Origin: Vicugna vicugna | Taxonomy: Eukaryota | Reading direction: 5' to 3' | DNA length: 20,000 bases | Assembly (NCBI GenBank): GCA_013265495.1 | Contig: MU057930.1 | Coordinates: forward strand, 690,788-710,787 | Shown: piece after piece, positions 1 through 10,153 of the stretch | Layout of the letters: every line of letters begins with the position of its first letter | How positions within the stretch are numbered: the first letter of the stretch is position 1 | Program-made: the position numbers and the translations under genes | The notes under the pieces: generated by a model | The model's input: the letters and a program-made list of their open reading frames with translations, nothing else | Told to the model about the DNA's origin: nothing | Databases searched by the model: none

Positions 1-115
1 AAAAATGTGATGAAGGTAAAATGAAGTCATCAGAGTGGGCCCTGATCCCACAGGAATGGTGTCTTTGTAAGAAGACAGAATGTGAACACAGACCCTCAGA
101 TGGATGACCTTATAG
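1..115 (+). mobile_element. MLT1 (ERVL-MaLR) LTR fragment
   Basis: aaaatgaagtcatcagagtgggccctgatccca...ggtgtctttgtaagaaga resembles the MLT1 core 'ttaaaatgaggtcattagggtgggccctaatccaatatgactggtgtccttataagaaga'. Confidence 0.7.
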
Positions 116-310
116 AATAAACGACCAGGAAAAAGTCCTGCCCCCTGGCCACACCTCCAGGTGGACCTGATGTATAAAAGGACCAGTCTCAGCTGCACCC
201 TACACGCAGTGAGCTGAGTGGGAGTCAGGATTATCAAGGGTGCACACACGTTGTCGCATCATGGAGCTACCCAGGTGCGGAGAATCCACACTCCCTAAAA
301 GGGATTTAGA

Positions 311-437
311 GGGGAGGGCGTAGCTCAGTGGTAGAGCACGTGCTTAACATGCACAATGTCCTGGGTTCCATCCCCAGTCCCTCCGTTAAAAATAAACAAA
401 TAAATAAACCTAATCCACCGCCACCAAAAAAAAAAAA
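311..437 (+). mobile_element. tRNA-derived SINE, camelid Vic-1 type
   Basis: ggggagggcgTAGCTCAGTGGtagagc (A box) ... cctgGGTTCCATCCccag (B box-like), then aaataaacaaataaataaacctaat and a poly(A) tail. Confidence 0.9.
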
Positions 438-734
438 GACAAAACCTGACTTAGATAACTCAGGGTCAAATTCCACCCCACTGCCTCTGTGAGGCCAACA
501 GCTTCCATCCTTATCTGAAAAGAAGGAGCATCGAGATACGGAATGTAGGTCCCTCTGGATTCGGACATCTACCACACCCGGGAAGGAAAACCGCTAACTC
601 TGTCCTGGTCCCTTTTAACCCCCAAAGCTGCAGGGTTCTATCCCGGGGACGTCTCTGGCTTAGTCACAAAGCCTCCCCCGAGCCCACCTGCTGGGCTGGT
701 CCCCACTCCAGGTGGGTGATGGGGTGCGGACTGG

Positions 735-1167
735 CTTCCCGGGGCGGCCGTCAGCGGAGACCCCAACCTTTCGCTTAAGCAGCACGAGCGTAACCTCTCA
801 CCACGCTGGGGCTTGGACGGCCAAGGCCAAGGTGTCGGTGGGGTCGGTTCCTTCTGGAGTCTCTAGGGAAGGATCCATCCTGGTTTCTTCTGGCTCCCTG
901 TGGTTGCCAGCTATCCTTGGGGGTCCTTGGCTGGTGGCCTCGTCAACCCCAAGTCCAGCCTTCTCTACTCTGTGTCTCTGTGTGTCTTCTTCTCTTGTTA
1001 CAGGGACACCCGTCATGCAGGATGAACCCACCCTATTCCTATAGGACCTCAACTTACGTCTTCATCACACCTGCAAAGACCCAATTTCTAAATAAATTCA
1101 CAGGTGCTGGGGTAAGGAGTTCAGCACATCTTTACTTTACAGGGTGGACACAATTCAACCCCCAATA
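735..1167 (-). mobile_element. MLT1 (MLT1C-like) solo LTR
   Basis: caaggtgtcggtggggtcggttccttctggag...ccttggctggtggcc...cacacctgcaaagaccc...ggacacaattcaaccc matches the reverse complement of MLT1 LTRs. Left boundary approximate. Confidence 0.8.
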
Positions 1168-2882
1168 AGGTGCAACTCCCAGCCTTGGAAGCCCTCACCC
1201 AAGGTTCCCTATAGCATCACCCTAACGTTTCCAGGGGGATGCGCCTGAGCGAGAAAAGAACTCAGCCCTGAAAACCACTCCTCCCACTGGCTTCTTCCCT
1301 CTTCCCCAAACTTCCGTCTTCTCAACAGCAGCGTCTCAGACTTTTTTTTCTCTCCACCATCAATTCCGTCTGCTTCTCTTTCGTGTTCTCCTAATTTCAC
1401 CGCAGACATGGAACGGACCATGGCACCTGGTTTCCAGAGCAGACTGAAATCCAGCCGCCAGGCGCACTGCCTTGCTAGAAAACTCAAGCCGCAAAGCACC
1501 CTGTGGGACACACCCCGACTTGATGGCTTGAGACTTAACTGCATTTGGTAAAAGTCCCAGACCGTTCTCGTAAACCACGTGAGCATGATCGGGCAGCACG
1601 TGAAGGAGACCACGTCTCCTTTATAAAATGTGTACTGAAAACCCGAGCGAACTGAAGTCCTCTCCCAGAGTCGCTATTTCAGCTCACAGAAGAGACAAAA
1701 CGAGATGCTCTTCCGGCCAAGTGGGGACGCAGCAGAGCTGACCAGTGAGGGCTGGTGACGTGGATGCACCAGCTCCTTCTGCTTTTGTGACTCAAAAGCA
1801 TGAGACTCAACTGACCCTTTCACATCGGCCCAAGACTGCCTTTCAGCTCCAGAAAAGGAAAGGGAGACGAAGAGACAGCCGCTTCCCTTTGCTCACTCAT
1901 TAAGCACGCAACCCGTCCCCACTCGGAGTGAGACGCTGTTTCAGGACCTGGGGACGGGGCCCCGGTGGCTTCGCTCGGGGACGGGTAAGATGCTCTGAGA
2001 CCACGGTGCAGGGCACTGGACAGTGTGTCTCGGCGGGTGTATCGCAGAAGAAAGGCAGGTACTGGTGAGGTAGGAGGGGTGAGGGGCAGGGGTGAGGCAG
2101 GGGAAGGAGGCATTGCAGGGGACGGGGTGGCCCTAGACTGCCAGGTGGACGTTGCCTCCCACCTCCTACTGCAGGTGTCCTTCCAAGATTGGACAACAGA
2201 GGGGAAAACAGTGGACAAGAGGTGAAGGCTGAGTCCGTGAGGAGCCCTTAGGACCCTGAGCTGCTGGGGCTTGGGGGGCGGCGGGCACACCTGAGAAGGG
2301 GCATGAGGAGGGGAGAGGTGGGGATCGGATGGAGGGCAGCTGCGGATGGGGCAGGGAGCCCTCTGCGGACGCCCGCACCCCGGCACCTCCGTGGGAGCTG
2401 GTCGGACCCTCTATTAACAAGCAGCGTGGGACAAACGGGTTTACTGGGTGCACGGCAGGCACATGCAGCTGGACGGCTCTGCGGAGCCCGTGCATGGAGA
2501 TACTTCACAGCCAGCGAGGGACTCAGCGAAGGACGTGAGTGAGTGAAGCTGAGCAGGTGGGTGAGGTCCCAGAAGAAGCGACTGGGCAGGCTCTCCAGGG
2601 AGACGGAGATGCGAGGAGGGGGACAGAGCCTCGGGCGGGACAGGCACCCCCACCCCGCTGCCCCGGGGAAGGCGCCTGTGGAAACAGCGCCTTTGCCCGT
2701 GGATCTGGCCAGGCGGAGGCTCAGGGGTCCTTGCAGGATGTCACACCTGGGAGCTGAGACAGCTCAGGAGCGTCCCCACCCCCCCGGCCGAGGCTTCCCC
2801 CGCACCGTGCGCCCCCTGCAAGAAAACCCACGTGGGGCCCGGGAGGGTGAGGCGGTGGAGGGGGGGACCCGGGGCGGGGGGC

Positions 2883-2888
2883 ACTCAC
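2883..2888 (-). promoter_or_regulatory. 5' splice donor GTGAGT
   Basis: Plus-strand actcac at 2883-2888 is GTGAGT, a near-consensus donor located exactly where kinase homology ends; the frame hits TGA immediately after. Confidence 0.92.
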
Positions 2889-3057
2889 AGCTTGACCAGG
2901 AACGGGTGGCTGACTTCCTTCAGCACGGACTTCTCATTGTGCACGTGCTGCTCCTGTTTCAGGCGGATGACGTCCGGGATGCTCATCACCTTCAGCGCGA
3001 AGAAGCACTTGGCCTTCTTCTCCCGGACCAGCTGCACGCGCCCGAACGTCCCCGTGC
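2889..3057 (-). CDS. PRKX: PRKX coding exon (exon 2 by homology; kinase N-lobe, subdomains I-IV), partial CDS
   Basis: Minus-strand translation (G)TGTFGRVQLVREKKAKCFFALKVMSIPDVIRLKQEQHVHNEKSVLKEVSHPFLVK(L) has the end of the GxGxxG loop, the ALK catalytic lysine and the PRKX-type MSIPDVIRLKQEQHVHNEK segment (PKA C-alpha reads differently there). Acceptor ccccctccgtctgcAG|GCACG at 3058/3057, donor AAGCT|GTgagt at 2889/2888. Length 169 nt, phase 1 in and phase 2 out. Confidence 0.96.
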
Positions 3058-3085
3058 CTGCAGACGGAGGGGGCCCGGCGTGAGC
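3058..3085 (-). promoter_or_regulatory. 3' splice site: candidate branch point, C-rich pyrimidine tract and AG
   Basis: Minus strand reads gctcAcgccgggccccctccgtctgcag|. CTCAC fits YTNAY, with the branch A at 3081, 24 nt from the exon. Confidence 0.7.
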
Positions 3086-3194
3086 TCCGGCCCGTCCCGG
3101 GACCGGGGACCCAGGCTGGGGGGCCGGACAGAACCGGCGGCCCGGACAGCTGCGCGCAGGCACCTGCCCAGATCACTAGCCCGTCAATTGTTTT

Positions 3195-3355
3195 GTATTT
3201 TACTTTATTTTTTTGAGGGGGGTAATTTGATTGATTATTTTATTAGTTTACTTAATTTATTTATTAGTTTTACTTTTAATGGAGGGACTGGGGATGGAAC
3301 CCAGGACCTTGTGCATGCTAAGCACGTGCTCCACCACTGAGCTACACACTCCCCC
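3195..3355 (-). mobile_element. tRNA-derived SINE, camelid Vic-1 type
   Basis: T-rich tail, then aatggagggactggggatggaacccaggaccttgtgcatgctaagcacgtgctccaccactgagctacacactccccc. Possible diverged TSD: tcaattgtttt (3184-3194) and tgaactgtttt (3356-3366). Confidence 0.9.
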
Positions 3356-3543
3356 TGAACTGTTTTTTAATGGGGACAACTGACAATCATTTCTGCAAGC
3401 GAGTCGTCCCAGAAAAAACACACAAACACATACACACAGGGCGAAGCAGACTGGAAAAGTTTGCTAAGTGCGTTCCTTCAGTGACCCTTTTTGTCTTCAG
3501 GTCTTGTAGATCAAGACAAGAGAAAGACAGCCATCGCTTCCCA

Positions 3544-3544
<1 letters not shown>

Positions 3545-3578
<34 letters not shown>
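3545..3578 (+). repeat. (CA)17 microsatellite
   Basis: Perfect dinucleotide run. Confidence 0.97.
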
Positions 3579-3581
<3 letters not shown>

Positions 3582-5369
3582 TTCTTTCTTTAACACGCTA
3601 ATACCAGCTAAATGCACCTGGTCTACCTGAAAACTTGCCATGGGTCAAAATCCGGTGATACAGGGACCCATGGAGAGAAACATTTTTTAAATTGCAACCA
3701 CTGCAAATATGAAAGGAAATCAACAGTGCAAATGCAAAAGGGAAGTCAAATGCTCTTCTGCACCCTGGCGTGACTTCTTCAACCCAAGGCCTCGTCCTCC
3801 TCCCCCTCCTGCCCGCCCCCTCCGCCTCCCCCCAGCCCTTCCTCCTCCTCTGAGCCTCACTGTACGGGGATGAACTCCATCTTCGACCCCTCACCCAGGC
3901 TGGCAATCCCTTGACGCAGTTATGAGATCAAAGATCCAAAGGAATTTTATCTTGGCCAGAGAGGAGCTAAGATCAGAGGGTAGAGAAGTGGAGATCTGTA
4001 TGGGTGAGCTGCTAAGTGTCCGGACTCCGGAAGCTTATCCGAGGCAGCTGTCTTTTCTGCCCGGGTCCATTTAAGACACAGTGCAGAGGAAGGGGTGTTT
4101 CTGAGGAAGGAGATGCGGAGAGCGATGGAAAAATGGTGATCAACCTAATGAGAAAGCGGGGAAGAGGAATTCAAGAATGGCTCAATGGGTCAAAGGACCC
4201 CCAGCAGAACCACAGCACCCAGGACTTCTCTTCTCTCACAGCCTTGGGCATGACACTCACTGCACATGGTAACACGAAAAGGGAATTAAAGTTATACCTA
4301 AGCAAGACTTTGGGGGGAAAACATTTTCTGTAAATTAAAATTCCCAAATAAATAAACACATCTAGGACCTTATGTGGCTGGGATAGCGGGCAGACACTCA
4401 TAAGTCACCTTGGCTATTAAAGGAAGGTTCCAATCATGAATATTTTATTATTGCAGACGGGGAAAGCCATGTGCAAAAACGAAGGGAAGATGCTGTAGAG
4501 GAAAGAAGCCAATGATGAGCCCTAATAAAAATTTTAAGTGTATTCTCATCAAGAGATAATTCAGAAGTAAAAATAGAAGCGTATGAGAGCAAGGCAGTAT
4601 CATGTTGATAAAATTCTGCGGAATCAGACCGACACAGAGAGGCGTGCAGGGACAGGGCTTTGAGGGGACAGAACTGATTCAGTTTAAGTTTTTCCCACAA
4701 GAACAGTGGCATTCCTATTTGGGGAGATTAGGTAAAGCGCACAGGAGTGGGACGGGACGGGGGGGACACTGGCATCGCATCTGGTGCAAGTTTTGCCTTC
4801 GATTTGACCTCCGAATTTGGGCAAAGAAATTAACCCCTTTTGGATTCATATTTGCTCTCATCTCTCCAAAAGGATGGGTAGGTTACAATATAAATGTATC
4901 GACAGTCTGGATTCTAATCGTGCAAAGAATGGCAACACAGCTATGACTCAGCAGACCTTTTTACATCTCTATCCGAGATGCCTTCCAAGCTTTCTGCGTG
5001 AGCTGTAAATACACAGATCTCAAAACAGGCTACGTATGGACGGGGGGAGTCCCTCAACACCACAATCACATTACAGCATGACACAGAAAAACCTCCTCGC
5101 TGAAGGCAAAGCCAGCACGCTGTAATTTTTACGCCGACTGGCTTAAATGCACTGAAGATGAAAACGCAAGTAATGGTGGTGGTGTTGAGTCGTTCCTGCA
5201 GTCAGAAAGGGCAAATAGAGCTTTTCCCGCTTGGTGACAGCAGGCTCTCCAATACACATCCCCGGCTCCCAACATCTCCCTTTAGGAAGCAGAAAAGTTC
5301 TTTTTTTTTTTCTTAGCTTTACTGCAGGTAAGGATGGTTGTGTGACCCACCTCCGCTCGTTAAGACACA

Positions 5370-5994
5370 AAATGGAATATTATTCAGCCATAAAGAAGGA
5401 ATTCCTACAATTGGGGGCAACATGGATGAGCCTTGAGGGCATTATGCAAAGTGAAGTAAGTCAGACAGAGAAAAACAAATACTGTAGATACTTTATTTAT
5501 ATGAGGAGTCTTTTCAAAAAGCCAGACTCACAGGAAGAGAGTAGACTGGTGGTCCCCAGAGGTGGGAGGTGGAGTGTGGGGAGGACAGGTGAAGAGCGTT
5601 GAAAAGCACAAACTAACAGTTACATTATAAATAAGGCACAGACATACAATATACAACCATAATGACCGTCGTTAACAATACTGTATATTCAAAAGTTGCT
5701 GAGAGAGTAGATCTTAAAAGTTAACATCACGAATATGTCCATGAATAACTGAAAAATTGTCCTGAACACTGGAATTTGACACAACATTGTAAAATGATTA
5801 TAAATCAATAAAAAATGTTAAAAAAAGTTAACATCACGAGAGAAAAAAATGTGTAACTATGTACAGGGATGGATGTTAACTAGACATACTGGGATCATTC
5901 TGCAATTTATACAAGGATCACGTCACCATGTTACACACCTGAAGCTAATATAACATCTAATGTGAAACACATCTCAATAAAACTGGGGAAAAAA
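5370..5994 (+). mobile_element. Old L1M (L1MA/L1MB-like) ORF2 end and 3' UTR, interrupted by a younger insertion
   Basis: atggaatattattcagccataaagaagga...gcaacatggatgagccttgagggcattatgcaaagtgaagtaagtcagacagagaaa translates to MEYYSAIKKE..ATWMSLEGIMQSEVSQTEK, typical of the L1 3' end. Contains gagagagtagatcttaaaag and ends atctcaataaaactggggaaaaaa. Confidence 0.9.
5733..5822 (+). mobile_element. Heavily 5'-truncated younger L1 3' terminus nested in L1M
   Basis: ataactgaaaaattg...acactggaatttgacacaacattgtaaaatgattataaatcaataaaaaatgttaaa flanked by the identical 17-mer aaaagttaacatcacga at 5716-5732 and 5823-5839. Confidence 0.85.
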
Positions 5995-7400
5995 CGGTTA
6001 AAGAAGTCCTTTCAACTGTTTCTGGGCTACGTTTTCCTTCCCCGATAAGGGAGACCCTTCCGGAAAACAATGTCTCCTGACTCTGGCAACCCCTCCTCCC
6101 ACCAAAAGCTGGGCGGTCATATAAAGAAGAGAGATTTTTACTCATGAGTCAAGGTTACTCCCACAGTTAAAGTTTTAAAGATGAAAATCAACTAATCGAA
6201 CACAGTTCTTAGTCTGAAAGTGTCTTCACAAATTCACCCAAGTACGAAAAGCAGATCTGATTTAACAGGAAGCTACGGAGTCCTCATTTCCCCCTTTTGG
6301 GTGAACATTCATTCCTCTCACTAGAGAAATAGTTGTGCCGTCAAAAAATCACATTGCCCAAACTCCATCGAGGGTGTCATCAAAGAACCAGCACCCAAAT
6401 TCCGAAAAAATGCCGAATCCCAAAGCCCAGCTGGCCCGTGGATTTCAGACAGTCGGAGTTAGCCGTGGAAATCTCTCTGCAAAACTGAGCCACTTTTAAG
6501 GTGGGCACATCCTTTTCATAGTCAGTCTAATACAGTGGTTTTTCCTCCAACATTACAAGAGGCCTTTGTTTCCAGATGCGGAAGGTGGCTTCGATTTATG
6601 GGCCATTCCGAGTCTGATGCTGGTCTTCCAGTGGGAGGATGGGACACATTTAGGTCTCCCCTCTTCTCCGGGACAATCCCTCATCCTTCCAAAGCCTTCG
6701 TGTCTTCTCTATTCTGTCTGCTTTCCTCCACCACCCCAGCCGCCTCCCTCCTCTACACCCAGCCCTCGAAACTCAAGACTGACATACAAAACCCTGCAGG
6801 TTTGTACTCTTGGTGGGGGTGGGGGGGGCTTGGGAAAAGGAAAACCAAGACAGACTCTGTGCTCATAACCAGCAGACATTGTAAAATCCCAACCCACCCA
6901 GAAGAACGCCATCAGCCTATCCCAGGGTGCATCTCAGTACAGATACACGCCTGATTATGCAGAGACACACACACAACTGTCTGTGAAACGCGGGCCGCTC
7001 CATCCTGGATGTTTAGACAACCCTGCAGAAGTAAATTATGAACGGGATTGCCAAGAACACACATGGAACTGAAAGGTACGTCTTTACTCAGAAGCCACAA
7101 TAGAAGAAAGAAAAGAACATAAACGACTTTGGGTTCACTTTGGGGTCTGGGAATCAGTGCAGGTAATGACAGAAGTGTCAGGGGGGCCACCTCCTCTGAT
7201 TCCACCCAGCTGGCAGGACCCTCCAACCCCCACGGGTCTCCTCCTTTCTCCCAGCAAATCCACTAATGGACCGAAATGCCGGAAAGTCTGTATCTGGGCA
7301 TCTGGGCTCCACTCAACCTTGGTGCTGGGAGGGGGACCCCACAGGTGGCCTGGCCCCGTTTGGGTCACCGACACGCAGTTCTTGTATCTCTCCTCCCAAC

Positions 7401-7800
7401 TGCTGAGGGTTGAATTGTGTCCCCCAAGAGACAGGTTCAGTTCCTAACCCTGGCATCTGGGAAAGGGACCCTATTTGGGGTGAAGATGGGATTAAGTGAA
7501 GGACCTGAGAGGAGGTCCTCCTGGAGGAGGTGGCCCTACATCCAACGACAGTGTCCTTAGGAGAGACGGAAGAGGAGAGACACAGACACAGAGCAGAAGC
7601 CACGTGGAGGCGGAGGCAGAGACGGGAGGCAGGCGGCCACCAGCCCAGGGATGGACGCCTGGAGCCCCCAGAAGCGGGAAGAGGCAGGAGGGATCCTCCC
7701 CTGGCGCCTCCAGAGGGACACCTTGACCTCCGACGTCTGGTCTCCAAGACTTGAGGAGGGTGAATGTCTAGTTCTAAGCCTCCCAGCTTGGTGGTCTTGT
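7401..7800 (+). mobile_element. MLT1 (MLT1C-like) solo LTR
   Basis: tgctgagggttgaattgtgtccccca...gtggccctacatccaacgacagtgtcctt...gacacagacacagag...gaagccacgtggaggcggaggcagaga...gaagaggcaggagggatcctcccctgg...caccttgacctccgacgtctgg...ttctaagcc. Confidence 0.88.
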
Positions 7801-8445
7801 GCAAATTTAACCAAGCAATGGCCAGGATTCTCCTAGCTTCCTAGACATTTAACCCCCCAACACTACATACGCACATTTTTGCACACAGAACCTAACAGGA
7901 TTTTGACTTGTGAGCTTCCTGCTGTTTGAGGACCTCTGGAAATGCAAATGGCATATTTCACATATCCCAACAGGGCTTCCGGGCAAGTCTCTGACACCCT
8001 GATGTGGTTTGGGAAACTGGGGGCAACTCAAAGGCCAACACTGAGGACACCACAAACATTCAACTGTCTTTGTCCAGAGAGCTGAGGAGGAGAAACGCAA
8101 AGAGATCAATCAGAATTGATAAAAAAAAAAAAAGAAAAAAGAAAAGAAAAGTGATGAACTTTCCAAAAGCTTATCCAAAGGAAACATGTGAACAGTGCGT
8201 CTGCTCCCGGAGAGAAGAAAGCGATGACCGAAGAAGAGCCCTGCTCTCCGGGCAAAGGAAGCGTCCCTGCGTTTCTGTGAAGCCCCTGGCTGCCCTGGCC
8301 AGAAACCCGCCTCCGGAGGGAAGGGGAATTCTCCTGGAGACTCTGAAAGAGGAACCTTCACCAAAAGCGCAGCCAAATTCCACATCCCTTTTTACAAACT
8401 GTGTTTGCTTTTTTTTTAAATTATGTCTCCCACAGTAAAGGAGTA

Positions 8446-8606
8446 TCTTTTTTTAACTTTGGTGTTTTTTTTTTTTCAACTTGTTTGTTTTTGAAGGAGG
8501 TAATTAGGTTTATTAATTTTTTTTTTTGTAACGGCGACACTGGGGATTGAACCCAGGGCCTCGTGCATGCGAGGTGTGCGCTCCGCCACTGAGCTAGCCC
8601 CTCCCC
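8446..8606 (-). mobile_element. tRNA-derived SINE, camelid Vic-1 type
   Basis: T-rich tail, ggaggtaattaggtttatt, then ctggggattgaacccagggcctcgtgcatgc...ctccgccactgagctagcccctcccc. Confidence 0.88.
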
Positions 8607-9729
8607 ACCGTGCTATTTATTCATGTTTTATTGAAGCACAGTTTTTAACGGCTGCAAGGGAGGAAATTCCACAGCCTTGTGTAAATTTGCATAATGTCCT
8701 CCGCTAAAAACGGAGGTAATTAAATTGACTGTTATGCTGCCCAATGACTATACTGGCTTCCCAATTCTTTTTTTCCCTGCAAACTGCAGGAATCAAATAA
8801 ACAATGAAAGGTCCCGTCACAAAGGCTGTACCCACTCTTTGAGGATGAAAAGGGGGTACAAATGAACCACTGCAGCCCATGTTTAAGAAGACATGTGATT
8901 TTACAAATAAAGGAGAAAACTTGAAATAGCAGGAGCCTCACGACCATCTGTCGATGAGAGTCAAAAGAGAAACTAGCAAAGATCTGTTAAACGTGCAGAA
9001 TCACTACGACCTGGATTTCCCGTATTCTGCTGAGAACTCGGGAATTAAAACCACTCCTCTGCCCTGACGAGGCTTCACCTTTTTCTTTTCTTCCTCTTTC
9101 GGAGACTCAGAAGCTGTTAACGGTTCCCTACGCATGACTGAGTTCGTGCTTTGAAGGGTCTGTTGTAAACAGGATGAAGTCCTGTGCCCACAGCCGGGGA
9201 GGGGCAGGTAACAGGTCATAAAAACAAACAATTCTTAAATATGCACAGACAGACGCACACTTATTTCCCATTCTCGGGCCACCCCGGGAGCGAAGCATCT
9301 CTGAACAGGGGACACAGGGCTGCGGAGATGGGTGAGGGGGATCTGAGATGTCAAAATCTGTCTTTTACGTCCGTGTGTCTAATCCACCCATGAAGACACC
9401 AGCTTCATTCTTCTAATCCATTCTTTTTTTTCTTTTGCTCCTTTTTCAGTTTTATGAGGTAGAATCATTATAGAATGACTGCACACACACATTATATTGC
9501 ATGTAAATACATACAGACAGTATACTGAACTTTTTTTGTAGTATGTACTAATTATTATTTCTAAGCTTCTAATTCATTTTTTAACCCAAAGATCTCTAGG
9601 GTGGCGTCCCAGGTGCAATTTTTTTTTCCAGGGGAAAACCCCAGAATCTTAGCTCAGATTTCATGCAAAAGCCTTTAAATTACCTCCACGGTTACCCCAA
9701 TAAGGCCCGCTCGGGGGAGCCTACAAACC

Positions 9730-9892
9730 AGGTTTGTGGTTTTAACAACGTCCTTTGTTTATAGAGGATATTATCACCGGGGTCCTGGGTGAGGGGCCAC
9801 ACGGGGACTCTCCTCGCTGTGTTATTTTATAACTTCTTGTGAGTCCTAAACTACTGCATTTAATGGTCTTACACTGTTTCACAATAAAAAGG
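9730..9892 (+). mobile_element. Ancient L1 (L1MC/L1ME-like) 3' UTR fragment
   Basis: gatattatcaccggggtcctgggtgagggg...ggactctc...tgtgttattttataacttcttgtgagtc...aataaaaag resembles old L1M 3' ends. Confidence 0.6.
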
Positions 9893-10153
9893 TCTTTAAA
9901 ATGTCGCCTCTATCTTAGACCCTAATGAGTCCTCTGTCGCACGTGACAATCTTCAAGGAGCCCTGCGTCCTCAATCCACAGATTTCAGATGTGAGCAGAG
10001 ACATTTTGCTAAAGGCATCTGTAGAGGTCTCTCCATCCTAACATGGCTCTTCAGTCTATTTTCCTGGAGGTCCAGCAGCCGGAGTGATGGGACCAGCCCA
10101 CCTGCCTGCTTTTGTCTCACCTGATTGCATCCTCTCACTTCCATAAAAAAACA

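Larger units (their letters stand above)
1..2888 (-). other. PRKX: PRKX downstream intron (intron 2 by homology), partial
   Basis: Follows the donor. No next kinase exon (...LYMLMEYVPGGELF...YRDLKPEN) is visible in the ORF track. Confidence 0.85.

Noticed and set aside
173..180. TATAAAAG motif
   Set aside because: Isolated motif between an LTR fragment and a SINE, with no other promoter support.
311..385. tRNA-like sequence (also at about 3280-3355, 8535-8606, 17598-17665)
   Set aside because: A/B boxes are followed by the SINE-specific AT-rich body and poly(A), and the cloverleaf pairing is degraded. These are SINE heads, not tRNA genes.
2441..2653. ORF containing PEALSP, reminiscent of the human PRKX N-terminus as I recall it
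   Set aside because: Six-residue coincidence in GC-rich DNA. It lies downstream of this exon in transcription order and the surrounding residues do not match.
3058..3163. N-terminal extension MPARSCPGRR... of ORF 2885-3163
   Set aside because: Lies upstream of a good AG acceptor and has no kinase similarity; it is intron read in frame.
2543..3340. 265-aa plus-strand ORF overlapping the PRKX exon
   Set aside because: Antisense shadow of a very high-GC3 exon and GC-rich flank; ends inside a SINE; non-ATG start.
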